Shown here: positions 39,170 to 51,898 of the stretch, piece by piece
How the letters are laid out: every line of letters begins with the position of its first letter
How positions within the stretch are numbered: the first letter of the stretch is position 1
Origin: Dicyema japonicum
Lineage: Eukaryota > Animalia > Dicyemida
NCBI GenBank assembly: GCA_011109175.1
Contig: RDEW01000083.1
Location: 62,001 to 126,000, forward strand
DNA: 64,000 nucleotides
Reading direction: 5' to 3'
Translations under genes and position numbers: made by a program
The notes under the pieces: model-generated
What the model was told of the DNA's origin: nothing
The model's input: only the letters and a program-made list of their open reading frames with translations
Database searches by the model: none

Positions 39170-41860
39170 TATAGTTAGTCTATAGATTTATAGTTAGTCT
39201 TTTCCATCTTCCTCTGTCGAATGCGAGTGATCTCAATTCGTCCAGGTCGTCTCCCGTCTTTAGATTTTTTCTCACACGATTTAAGTCTTTGTTTGAGGCT
39301 GTCGGAAGTGTCGATCTAGGTCGTCCGCGGAAAGGTTTTTCGCAACTGTCAAAGTAATCTTCCATCGCTTTGTTAGCAGGTGCGTCCGGGTTCATTCTTA
39401 GTACATGTCCAAATAGCCTCCACCGGGCGTCTATCACATCCTTGCTGATGTAAGAACACATACACTTGTTGTAGATACCAGTGGTTGATATTATACGTGG
39501 CCACTCCATTCCGAGTAAGCTTCTTAGTTGCCTTCTATGGAACGAATCCAGTTTCAATAGTTCGTTGAAGGAACTTCCCCATGTCCCAGCGTTATACAGT
39601 AGGATCGGTTTCACAAACGCGTTGTAAAGCCTGCATCTGATGTCAATTCCAAGTCCTTTGGCCCTTAGCCATCCTTTCTTCAGTTTAGCTATTGCCGCAT
39701 TTGCCAGTGTTTTCCTCCTTAGTACATCTTCAGCGTCTCCTAGTAGAGAGCCGAGCTTATTAGTACGTCTCCATCTTTCATGAGTAATATCGTCTTCTCT
39801 TTTGATTTCCGTAATTTCAGTTTTGTTAACATTTACGCTGAGAAACCATTTCTCAAGCTCCGCAGGTGCATTTTCTAGCAGGTGTTGGAGTGCGGTCACA
39901 TCCCGTGATACAAAATCCACATCATCCGCATAAGATGTCTCTTCTATGTCTCCTATATAGCATTTACGGAGGTCGCGGAGTGCAGATTCAAGGTATATGG
40001 TGAATAGTAAAGGGGAGAGGGAATCACCCTGGGGTGTCCCAATCGTTGTTTTGAAACTGCGGGAAGTTGCTCCTTCTGTCCTCACAGATAGTCTTGTGTT
40101 CGCAAGTAGTAGTCTGATTATCCTAACCGACGATTCATCCAATATTTGCTCAAGCACATTCATCAGTTTCTGTCTGTTTATTGAGTCGAAAGCTCTGGAG
40201 AGATCTATTCCCAACACGGTTGTTGCGCTCTTGAATCTTTGGTGCGTTGCGCAGCGCCATCTGTGGCTCCATACAATGTCTGCCGTAGACCTCCCTTCTC
40301 GGAACCCACTTTGACTTGCTGGTAGGTATAGATTCGCCATACCCTTTATCCGGCTTAGTGCAATGTTTGCCAGCACCTTGCGTATCGAATTCAGAAGTAT
40401 TATCGGGCGGAGATTTTCTACTGGTCCTTTTGATTTGTTCGGTTTTTGTATGGGTATTAATAATCCATTTCCAAGTCCTAGATCGGTATTAGTTTCAAAG
40501 ACGTCATTTAGGGTTTTTGCAATTGTGTCGCTAAGTTTTTTGGCCCATATTTTAGGAGCTCACGGCTTATGTTGTCTGGCCCAGCACTCTTGTTGTTCTT
40601 CAGTTTATTTATCGCTAATTCCACCTCTTCCACTGTGATTGGGTTTTTTAGCGCCTTTGCTTCTCCTTGGAAAGGGAGAAAGTCATTATTTTCTTTACTC
40701 AACAGTGTTTCGAAGTGTCGTGCAATCAATTCTGCTTTTTCTTTCGGGTTACCCACGAATTTTCCATCTTTGTCTTTGATGTGAAGGATGTTTCAATTTT
40801 AGGGCGTGATGATTTCGGACTCCAAGGCATATATTGGCCGACTTGGAGATTGCCTGCTTTGTTTGATCCCACATAGTTCGTACTGATGATTCCGGTGCGG
40901 TTTTCTTCATAATAGTCTCGATTTGTTCGTGATATTTAGCTCTACAAGTGGGCTCTAACCACAATTTTTCTGTCTGAAAATATATATTGGGTCCTTGTCT
41001 CGCCTTCTTCGCGTTTTCAACGTATTTTTCCCAGTCAGGTGTTTTTTTACAGAAAGTTTTTGCAATGACGATCCTGTGGTCGCTGTCGGTTGATGTTCCC
41101 TGGTAGGAACGTGCATCATTTATCAGGTGTTTATCAGACTTTCGGCAGAAAATGTAGTCGATTTGATTATATATATTCACGGTCTCTCCGACAGAGTTTT
41201 TTCTTTGTCCGTGCCACGTCGTCTTGTGGCAAGCTGAGTGCGTGAAGGCCGTGTTCCACAGGAAAAGGCTATTTGCCTCGCAGAAGTTTACCAGAGAGGC
41301 TCCAGAAGCATTTCTCCTTCCGCGCCCGTGTCTTCCAATAGAGGATTCTTCGGCCCCATTCGCATTACGGCCTTTGCATTCATATCTCCCGCAACAAAGA
41401 CAAGGGACGAGGAAGCATTGTTAGAGTATGTGCTTGATAGTTCTGAGTAGAATTCCTCGAGCTCACCGGGGTTTTTGATTACTCGTCTACAGTGTGGTGC
41501 ATAGACATTTATGACGGTTAATAGACTCTTGGACGGCATAGTTCATTTAGTTTGACTTGTAGGACACATATTCGGTCGTTGACTCTCCAATAGCGATGTA
41601 ATTTTTTGAGGTAATCCACGTGTAGGGCAAATCCCATGCCGTAGTGCTTGCATTCAGGAAGAGAATCAGTCGTAGTTGTTCCATGTCTCATCGCGTCCAT
41701 CTTCGATTTTCGTCTCTTGTAGGCAGCCATAGATATTTTTGTATTTCTCGAGATCGTCACAAAGTACTTTCCTTTTCCAATCTTTCGATATTCCACGTAC
41801 GTTGAACGTCATTAGCCTGAGTTCTCGATTGTATGATGAGTGTTTTTCAGACATTTTTCT
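39170..41860 (-). mobile_element. Near full-length RTE-like LINE (EN+RT), several frameshifts
   Basis: Starts RLMTFNVRG...GCLQETK, then AGDMNAK and NQIDYIFC. RT has QSGFREGRST, GTPQGDSLSPLLF and SYADDVDF. Short direct repeats AGACTAACTATAA lie at the 3' end. Confidence 0.93.
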
Positions 41861-42229
41861 TAATCGTAATCGTTTTAGTTAAAATCGTTAATATTTAATT
41901 TCATAAAATTGTAAAAAACAGTCAATATAAATAGAGTGTCATTTTAATGATACTTTATTATTCTTAATTAAAAAAACTTTATTAATATTTAAAAATAAAA
42001 AAAATATTTTATTTCTGCACATGGTTTTAAGCTTCAAGTTGAACGTGGATGAGCTGCGTCAGATAATCGAATTTCTAGAAAATGGATTCTTGATGCGTCT
42101 CTTTCAAGAAAGAGTATATTTTTGGAATACCAAGAGCACCGTGGTTTCATTCCAGTTTGAGAGGTATCATTTATAAAATAATGTATAGGTTAAATCAATA
42201 TCTTAAAAAATGCTTATCATCCGTTTCTT

Positions 42230-42480
42230 CTACTGAAGGAAAAAATGCGAAAAAAAGAAGATGGAAAATGATGAAGAATTGTTGAATGTAGGAGACAGAG
42301 TCATTCTACGAATGGAGTGTGAATACAATCAAACAACGAAAAAAGGTCCATTATATGAGCACTTGGACACTACAGTTTATCTAGTAGTGGATTTACAATG
42401 ATCTATGGTCCACATAGATGGTGGCAACTCTGAAGTAAAGATAGTCCACCATAGGCGAGTAAAGAGATTATTTTAATTGA
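42230..42480 (+). mobile_element. Integrase C-terminal (SH3-like) remnant, Ginger/Gypsy type
   Basis: LNVGDRVILRMECEYNQTTKKG...VYLVVD...VKIVHHRRVKR. Confidence 0.45.
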
Positions 42481-42526
42481 CTTTCCATTCAAGAAATATT
42501 TTTTAATCTTTTTTGCTTAAAGTGGA

Positions 42527-42734
42527 GAGTTGTTGATTAGGAATGGAATTAGGTATTGATTATGATTGATGTTGAAAATTGCTTTATGGATGAGATCACA
42601 CTTAGGTATTTTTAGGAAATGGATTTGAATTTGTCAAAGTTATGGTTATAATTAGAATTAGACATGGATTGTTAAGGGATAGGTTTTATGATATTTTTAG
42701 GTTTAAGATTAAAAATTACGGTTTATATTTAGGG
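42527..42734 (+). repeat. Left half of the second telomere-like element
   Basis: Aligns with about 25640-25850 and is cut by the Tigger insertion. Confidence 0.85.
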
Positions 42735-43889
42735 TACAGTCCGACCCTAAATGGGCACCAAATGCCCCAAAATAGGGGTTATTATTGAAATTAAATCAAT
42801 AATTAACATCAAATAACATTTTTGCCAAAATAATCAGTTATTTTAGTTTTAGAGTTTTGTCGTATATTATTTGTTAATTTTAGCCGGAAATCATAGAAGT
42901 CTCGCAGCATTTTTGGTGCCACATGTTAAATTTTTTCTTCAAATTGTTTAGCAGATCCTTTTTTCTTCTACGACATTTTCAATATTCTCCGTTTCTGAAT
43001 ATCCACTATAGATATTATTTTCGGACTCTTCGCACTCTACATCAATTGTTTCTTCTATAACATGATTTAGAAGTTGATCTGTTAGACAGTCTGTCGCATA
43101 AGAATCACGGTTCCTGTCGATTCTCTTCCAACAATTAACAATACATGCCGCATCTATTTTCTCCCAACCTTTCGAAATTAGCATCACAAATACAATAACC
43201 CAAAATCTTGGACATCAAAATTTTTTTAGGCACCGTGGTTGTTTATACTTTCCAATAATCAATGGGTTAAGTTTTTCTCCAATTAAACTGCAGCATAGAA
43301 GAACAGTGAGTCTTTCTTTTCCTTGTTTATAGCCAAAACACTGTTCGCCTTTTTCGACATATGATTTTCGGGAGTTCTTTCATTATAAAAATCGCAATTA
43401 AATACATTTTTCTCCACATGAGGGGTTTTCTCTACATATTGACTTGAATTGAAGCTCATATCGCAATTTAAATCTTTCAAGCCACCCATTGGAGGTTTTA
43501 AAAGAAGTAATCCAATTTTTGAAGCTGTAACTAAGACGATTTTTTTCAAAATAGGGCCTGAAATCGAAATTTTATCCACCCGAAGTTTCTGAAATACTTC
43601 AAATACTTGATCATCAAATTTTTCTTTATCGCCTTTAAATGCCTCATCAAATTCAGAACTATTATTGCCGCGGTGTAAGAAAGGTATAATGTTTCGTTTG
43701 ATTCTTGAAATAATTCCTTTACTTGTCTTGTACTTTGTGATTAATTGCCTTTCAGATAAGTTGTTCCTCATAATTTCTTTAGAAATTTTCAATTTAGTTT
43801 CGTAATCCATAACCACAACAAAAATGAAAATTAAAAATAAGACAAAAAATAATTAATTTATTATTAATTTTATTTTTTTAAACAATTAA

Positions 43890-44645
43890 ACAAATGTCAG
43901 TTGAGGAAGCCTGCTGCGTGGATTGCGAACGAGTTCCCTCGGAGTATGGCTATTCCAATTTTTTGTCTTAGCCATAACCCTTCTCGTTGATCCCTTTTCT
44001 TTCTGGCAAGCAATCCTCCGAATTCTTGCAAGAATTCAGCCGTCATTGGACCAACGGCTCCCGATGATTCGGTCGCAACAGGAGTAAATCGGTAGCGATC
44101 CCCGAGGCAAGAATATTTCTTGATTTTTAGGTTTTCTGCAGTCGAAGCAGCTGCTCCAGGTGTCTGAACCGATTTAAAAATGTTCGTGCTTGAGAACGTT
44201 TCTATGCAAGTTGCGTCCCAGACCAAAGATCTTCCAGACGTGAAGGGGAAAAGGGTCATCCCGTCAGGTCTCTTCCCATCTCCTCGATCAAGACCCACTG
44301 ATTCAAGCTGTGCTGGTAATCCTGAAGCCTTCAGAGCTCTGACGATCACATCATTCAGAGCAGCATGACGTGGTCCCCTTCCGGCGCTTTCTTCTGCAGG
44401 ACAGCGGGTGCAATCCTTTCGCATCGACTGTTTTCCCGCATCGGCATCGGTGCTCCTGGATAACGTCTAGTCCCAGCCTTTGTTCGATTCCAATCCTCAA
44501 CAAAAAGGTCCCGAGGTTTGGGCAAGGTATTGCCACCAAGCCATGCTCCACTCCCTCTACTTGAAGCTGACACCAAAACAAGCCAGTCGATGTTGATTTG
44601 CTTCTTTTTTAAGGTCTTCCAAAATTTTGGAGCAGACAATGTCAT
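43890..44645 (-). mobile_element. CRE-like non-LTR element, 3' part (zinc knuckle plus restriction-like endonuclease)
   Basis: [17 protein letters not shown]...RHAALNDVI...RPDGMTLFPF...LVWDATC...KKY...ILRGN. Confidence 0.88.
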
Positions 44646-44697
44646 CCCAATTACTTTGCTATAATTTTTTTTATAATTTTATTATCTTAAAAATTGT

Positions 44698-46310
44698 GTA
44701 CCAAAGGGAAGTGTCGGAAATTATAGCTGCCCACTTTGGAAAACTTTTCAATCCTACGACACTATCATCCTAGAACGAGGGAAATCGGACGAGGAAATCA
44801 CACCATATGAAGTTGAACTTGCGAGTTCCAAGTTGAAAAACAACAGGACTCCTGGCCCCGACGGACTCGGTAGTGAATTCTTCAAATATGGAACCCAAAA
44901 GCTGTATGAATGCATCGCTAGGATCTTGAATGAAATGTACTATTATGGTCACACGCTGACCCTGGGAGAGGGTATCTTGATACCTGTACAAAAGGCGAAT
45001 AAACCAAGATCTAAGGTGGAGAACCTCCGTCCGGTCATATTAATGAATTCACTTCGGAAAATTCTGGCGAACATAACATTACAAAGGATGGAAGGACGTC
45101 TAGATACTTTTCTGTCGCCTATACTACAGCAGATTCCGAAAAGGAAGATCTACTTCCGATGTTTTGTGGTCCCACACGTGGAGATCTGCTGCCATTCAAA
45201 AGTTCAAAATGTCTACAACCATCCTCGGAATCGACTTTTCTAGGGCCTTCGACTCTGTTGACAGACGGAAGCTAATACTGGTTCTGGGGAGTTTCCTAGA
45301 CGCTTCCACTGTCAGAATGGCCACCACCCTCCTAGCTGATACTTGACTCACTGTAAGAGTCGGGGGAGCCTTGTCTCGCCGATTTGAGACGACTGTTGGC
45401 ACTCCACAAAGAGACCCATTATCACTTATCCTTTTTGTCATATACCTTGAAGCTGCTTTACGGGAGTCAAAACCGATAATGGGTGAAAAGACAAACATTA
45501 TTGCGTATGCTGACGACGTAGACTTTATTTCAAATGACAAAATACCGCTCACCCGCTTGATGGAAGAAGTGTCTGGAAGACTAGCCGAATGGTTCCTAAC
45601 AGTAAATCCGGACAAGACTGAGGTAACTGAACTCAAGAAGGAAGAAACAAGGACGGAGGAGCACTGGCGCAAGTGCAAAAAGCTTAGCTCCCTCCTTGGA
45701 GACCATGAAGAAATTACAAGAAGGAAAACCTTAGCACAAACTGCCCTCTCCAGATTGAAGAGCACTTGGCTCCACAAAAAAGGCCTTGACATTATAACGA
45801 AAACTCGATTATACAACTCGCTAGTGAAACCCATACTACTGTATAACGCTGGTACCTGGGCCTGCTCAAGAAATGAACTGAAAAGGCTTAATGCGTTTCA
45901 TAGAGACCAACTACGGAATATGATGTTCGAAAGAAGTGCTACGAGGATGTCATCTAATCTTTATAAAAGAACGAGGACCTCTGAAATTTCAAATGAAATT
46001 CTGGATACACGATGGAGGCTTTTCGGCCATATTCTGCGACTGGACCTAGATGCCCCCGCGAACGTAACCATGGAGGATTACTTCATGTTGGAGGCCCCCC
46101 GTTTCCGTGGTCGCCCAAGGACGACACTGCAAGTCGTTCTCCACGAGGACCTAAAGAAATGGGACGGCATCTTGGAAGTGGAGAGGATCTTGACTGGTTG
46201 CGCACTGCGGCTTTGAATAGGAGGAAGTGGATGAAACTAACCAGTGATTTGCTAACTCGTGTTGCACATGTAAAGTCCTATGACATAGCGATAAGTGCTT
46301 ATAATAATAA
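44698..46310 (+). mobile_element. 5'-truncated RTE-like LINE with a 15-bp target-site duplication
   Basis: TATCTTAAAAATTGT at 44683-44697 and 46311-46325, with a (TAA)n tail and RT motif AYADDVDF. Confidence 0.93.
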
Positions 46311-46472
46311 TATCTTAAAAATTGTAATAAATGATTTTTTGATGCCCCAAAATTTCCATAATTTTTTATTGATTTTTCATTTTATTCTGCCAAAATGTTG
46401 ATTTGAAAAAAGTGCCCCAAAATCCGAGGGTTCCCCACCCCTGAATCTGCCTCATTTTGGGGTCGGACTGTA

Positions 46473-46720
46473 TGGGTTAGGGATTAGGGTTCTGGATTAG
46501 GCTTGGGATTAAGATTGGTTTTGGGATTAAGGTTAGGGCTTAAGTTATATGTTCTAGTAGTAGTTTTAACGGTATGGAACTTATTTTAGTTATTGGTTAA
46601 GAAAAGAATAATTTTTTAATATCAAAAGTTAATTATGCTTAGTTTTATTCATTTAAATGTTTAATAGATTAAAAAAAATAGATTTTCCGACATAATTGTA
46701 TTGAATTGTTTCAGGTTGTT
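46473..46720 (+). repeat. Right half of the second telomere-like element
   Basis: Degenerate TTAGGG tract, then sequence aligning with about 25990-26165. Confidence 0.85.
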
Positions 46721-47599
46721 ATAACACCATATTTTGCATGAATAATTATGGTCAGGCATCCAATGGATTTGAAAAAATGGTATATTTAACTAAATAAAAT
46801 AGTTAGAGTCAGGAAAAATGTTATAAAAATGCAAAAAATTGATAGAGTTCTACGTACGGACGGTGACAATAAATATACTAATTTAATTATTTTTAATTGT
46901 TAACTTACAATTAACTAACAAAATTTTCTATATCAATGAAGAGCGGATTGGAGAATTGTCCATAACAAATTCTATATATTCTTTATATTGCCAAAAGTAA
47001 GACAAATTGGATCCTTACTACAATTTCAATAAACACAGAGTATAAATTATTAGAATAAAAAATGTACCAAAATATTTGAAATCAAAAAATTGTTTTATTT
47101 AATAAAGTCATAAATCGTTGTCTGTCTTTAATTCTTTTAAATTAACACTTCTTACTTCTTTATTGTGGTTAAATTTTTCAATGTTCCATATTCTATCATT
47201 TCTGAATTTTGTACTTTCTTCTATAATAATTGGATTTAATATTTGTATTCTCCATCGTTCCCGTCATTTTCAGGATCAATAATTTCCTCGTCGATGTTAT
47301 AATCTTAACAAAATGGTGACGATTTCGTTCTCGTCGAGCGTTTCTGTTTGAGTTATTTTTTTCATCAGCAAGTTCTTCCAGTTCTTTTTGTTACACATCC
47401 AACTTCTTTAACTTTATCATATTTTGTCTATTCAAATTAATTTCATATTTTGCTAAGCTGGCTGTCTTCTTGAAGAACTTTTAGTTTGAGTAATAAAACC
47501 ATTGATTGCATCCATCCTTTAAATCTATCAACGAGTGAATTATCAAGATGATGTTTACCACATCCCCCCCTTAAATATGAACAAAAAATAATAAAGATA

Positions 47600-48540
47600 C
47601 CTTTGTCAGATAATACTGTTTCTCGTCGGATTTGTGCTGAAATGCGGGTGGCTTTGTCAACCTGATATTGATGATATATGCAAAAACAATAATAATTAAG
47701 AATTTAGGTGACCTTGCTTCTTCAAAGCCAAAGTCACCGTTTCCATTAAATCCACATGTGCAATCGAGCACAAATAGTTTAACCGCGACATAATCTCCAA
47801 TATTTCAGCTTGTATCTTCTCTGATAGATTGGGTGAGACATCGTTCGGTTTTCGACGATTTTTAGGTGCCGATTTTGACATAACTGTCTTTGTTGTCCAC
47901 GTTCTCCCAATTATCGCCTGTCCATCGCCTTTAGTTGCTTTCCTCTGATCAGATTTCTTGGCGGCTGGGCATCCACCATATCTGGCACAGTGTGAGGACG
48001 AGCCACAATTTATACAATTCATTATGTTCCAGGAGTCTCTCCACAAGCAGTCAAGTCGTGTTCCCCTGCACAACGGAGACATCTTGTCTTCTCCTTACAG
48101 AAGGAGGATATGTGTCTATAGCGTTGGCATTTGAAACATTTCGGTGGGCCTCTTCTACCATTCACATGTAATTGTCACGTGGGCAATGTTGAAACCAAGA
48201 CGGACAAGCGATGTAGCCTCCGCCCTTGATCCAACTAGAACTTTTGCAAGAGGGAGTCTCCTATCTCTCCTTGTAGAAAAGACATATGCTTGTAGTAAAG
48301 GGAGCTATTTCCTTGACAAATTCATGAAGGTCGTTATCATCAACCCAAAATGGCAAGTTCTTCAACACAATTTCGGACGGTTTCACTTGGATTTCACTGA
48401 AACAATAGTTTCCAAGACCAAAAGGTGAAGTGGCATTCACATGTTTACAAAAGTTCCTTTTGTCCTCCTCCTTCGTGAATTCGAGGCGGAAGATCAATAT
48501 AATTCTCCTTTAATACCTCTCCAGAGTTAGTCTTTTTGAT
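47600..48540 (-). mobile_element. Gag-like LINE ORF1 with CCHC zinc knuckles; no adjacent ORF2 seen
   Basis: IVLKNLPFWVDD and CINCGSSSHCARYGGC. Paralogous to 54700-55560. Confidence 0.8.
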
Positions 48541-48769
48541 TTTAGTATTCTTCTTTGTAGTAGCTTTTCTAACGACAGGCATGAAATTTACAAGAACCGA
48601 AATATAGTTGACTAATGAGGAATTTTAATTTACAGTTGTTTTTTTTTCAATTAATTATAAAATTGGTTTTTTTAATTTGACCTTTGACAAAGTTATTCAA
48701 CATTTTGATGAATTATTATAATTTTGATAAAATTATTAAATTTTTTGACATAGTTATTAAATTTTATAG

Positions 48770-48925
48770 CCGGGTTGGGTGGCATAGTTGTTAGGTTTAA
48801 GGCAAAGTGAAATTTTATAGCCGGTGGCATGCATAGTGGTTAGGTGTCGGAAAACTAAAAAGGACCCACACACAAAAATAAGAAAAAAAAGTAGTGAAGA
48901 TCATTCCTGGTTCTAAGTTCGGATT
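48770..48925 (+). mobile_element. SINE head and tail fragments
   Basis: Two GGTGGCAT..AGT.GTTAGG heads and the GTGAAGATCATTCC tail. Confidence 0.6.
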
Positions 48926-50560
48926 AATGATGGTTTACTGTATTATGATAATTTTCCCACTTGGAAAAAAGTTTACATGTTTTGTATGAATTGATTAAAC
49001 CTAAATAAAATTTGAAATTTATTACCAAATTCTTTTTTTGTCGAGTTTCAATAGACACTAGAGAAAGCTTTTGATGTCAGTTTTATATAAAAAAACTCCA
49101 AAGGTTTGGTTTATCTTTTTTTATTTTTATGTGCACTATCCAAATGATTTTAGAGTTTGTTTGGTGCACTATCTAATGATCTTTTATTCGTTAATGGCAT
49201 ATTAAGCAAAATGGCCTCGATTACTAGGTGATGCAATAAATCCATATTATAAATATTCTTCAGAATATTGTCGATGCTTTTTTTGGTTATATTACTCATA
49301 TCCAGTTTTTTCCTTAAAATAATTAAGAGTGAATATTATTATTAACCAACAAATGCAACAGCTTACGTCACTCAAGTTGCACCTCAAACCAAGGGAGGCT
49401 GTATTTGGACAGAAAGACTTTTGGAAGACGACTTACCTCGATTTCGTTTAAGAGCGAATTAATACTCCTTTAGTTTCTTAAAAGTTTAGTGTGTTTGCGA
49501 AGGTCGAGGATTCTCGAGTAATAAAAACGAAAAATGGCACTTGGCTACAATCGCAGGATTTCTTGCCTCTAAATATGGTTTATCCTTGTTTATGTTTGTT
49601 TGCTTCATCCACTCGATAGATTTGTTGACTACCCATCCTACACTTCCTCAGCTCAGAACTTTGGATTTCTGATGTCTATTGAGTCCGTCACCTCATCCAT
49701 ACTCACAAAAAAGGGAGAGATTAGCCTACATCCACCATCAATCTCTCGACAAAGTAACCATCAATTAAACACCTTTTTCTTTGGCTAATTTGTATCTCAA
49801 GCCTGTAAGAGTGAAAATCATTAGCGACCGATAATCTGCTTAATCTAACGTTACTCTGCTGGGGGTTTTTTAAAGCAAATTGTAATTAATTACTAAAGTG
49901 GCTCCTCTAGCTGATATCGATCGCTGTTGTAAGAAGCTTGTAAGTCTGGTGAGTAAAAAATTAGAATTACATTTTGGGATTATTTCTAAATGAATTTAAA
50001 TTAGTAACGGAAATAATGAGCTTAGGGAGATTATTTTTTGAAAAAGTTTGTCACAGTAATCGATCGGCTTACAAGGATAATAAAAAATTGACCCAGAAAC
50101 GGTGGATCATCAAAAACATTGTTACGAGGGCTTGTGATCTTCACCAATATCGCAAGGAATTCACACATTACTGCCCACTAAAAACCTCTAGTCAAGTCAC
50201 ATATACTCATTTAGAATTTGAGGACATTAAATATTCAACCACAGAAGGATTTCCAAGGCTGATTAAACGAATTTCAATAAAAATCGTAAGAGGGAATGCA
50301 CTCTCAATCATGAGAGCTACTTATTCTTCGACACTTCAAGTTCAATAAATCATTTTCAATAACTGAAATTATGAGTCTCGTACAAAAATTTTCAAAGGCA
50401 ATGAATCAAAGTAAGGGTGGGGTACAAGGACATTGGACCACACTGTTAATTGAATTTTTGAACTGATATTTATGTGGATACGACCATTAATTTAATCAAC
50501 AATCATTAAGATGTCGTTAATTCAACAAAACGTCTGAGAAATAGACATTTCTGTAATTTG

Positions 50561-50789
50561 TGCTTATGCTAAGTTTAACAAACAATAAAAAAGACGTCTA
50601 GTTAGCTAGCCACCTCATTTAACACAGCAAGAGACTGCTAGACTGAAAGGTGTTTGAATAAAAAACTATGGCAANTGCTTATGCTAAGTTTAACAAACAA
50701 TAAAAAAGACGTCTAGTTAGCTAGCCACCTCATTTAACACAGCAAGAGACTGCTAGACTGAAAGTTGTTTGAATAAAAAACTATGGCAA
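50561..50789. other. 114-bp direct duplication around a single N (probable scaffolding artefact)
   Basis: 50561-50674 and 50676-50789 differ at one base, with N at 50675. Confidence 0.85.
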
Positions 50790-50999
50790 TCATAATTCAA
50801 TTACATCGATAGACAAAGAAAACGCGGAATACAAACTTCAACGTGAATTTGTGTACGTTTGTAAATAAATTAATTTAATGACTTTAAGAGAATTAATCGA
50901 AAACAACGTGACTACTAATTAATTTCTTTAATTTATTTTATTTATTTAACTAACCCACGGTAACACCAATGTAATGATCACGTGATCCCGATGCATTCT

Positions 51000-51640
51000 A
51001 ACAGAGAGCTCATCTTTGCCCGATGTTCTTCCTTCGTGCCGCGCATGAACATACAGGACGGCTGCCTGAATTTTCAGGGCCACCTTCCAGTGATCTGAAG
51101 TCTAGTCTCATAAGGGTCTCCAGAGGCGTAGATCCGGTTCGGTGATCTTCACAAATCCAACGCTCCGTTACTCTGTAAGCTCTATTTTGCATTTCCTCAA
51201 TTTTCCTCATATTTGTCCAAGATATGGACGGTCCCTACGAGGCGCATGCATATGAGAAACATGGCTCGAAATACTGTTTGTACACGTTCATCAGGCCGGG
51301 TGAGTACCACTCTTCCATATTCCCGATAAACACGTTCAATTTCTCGCATTTCAATAGAATGGTTTCTACGTGTGGTGTCAGACAGAAATGCATATCACTT
51401 GTCACACCCAAGATCCTTTGACATCTGTTAAAAAGGATGTCGACCTTGTTTAACTTCAAGGTGATTGTCTTCCTTCCCAATCTTTAGTCAGATGTAAATA
51501 GTGACGTAGACGACTTCTCTGCATTCACCATAAGCCGGTTTTCCAATATCCAGGCATTGTCCAGGTTAATTTACATTCTTTCTGTGGCTTTCTGGATGTC
51601 CTGATTTCGCAAAGCTAACACAATATCCGTTGGGAAGGAG
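51000..51640 (-). mobile_element. Jockey/I-like LINE RT C-terminal fragment
   Basis: RILGVTSD..LTPHVE..., RKIEEMQNRAYR...STPLETL. Confidence 0.75.
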
Positions 51641-51898
51641 CCGTGAATTAATCAAGCAAATATGAAATTATTTGACTAAGAATGCAAATATCATAACATT
51701 AGCATTAAAATGATTCAAATAGTTGAAAAATGATTAGTTTTAGCAAATTTAAATCTGTATATTTTTAAACAACAAAAAAACGTTTCTTTCACATTAGAAC
51801 TTATTTTAATAAAATTAAATAATGATTTATTATATAAAAAATAAATTTAAAAAATTTAAAAAATTAAATAAAATAATATATTAAATAAGAAGTTTATC

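Larger units (their letters stand above)
42737..46470 (-). mobile_element. Tigger/pogo transposon with TIRs and TA TSD, carrying nested CRE-like and RTE-like insertions
   Basis: TA-CAGTCCGACCCTAAATG at 42735 and CATTTTGGGGTCGGACTG-TA ending at 46472. Transposase remnants at 42948-43816 (SISGPILKK; WEKIDAACIVNCWKR). Confidence 0.9.

Noticed and set aside
50561-50789. Tandem duplication as a biological event
   Set aside because: The copies are separated by a single N, typical of overlapping contig ends joined in scaffolding.
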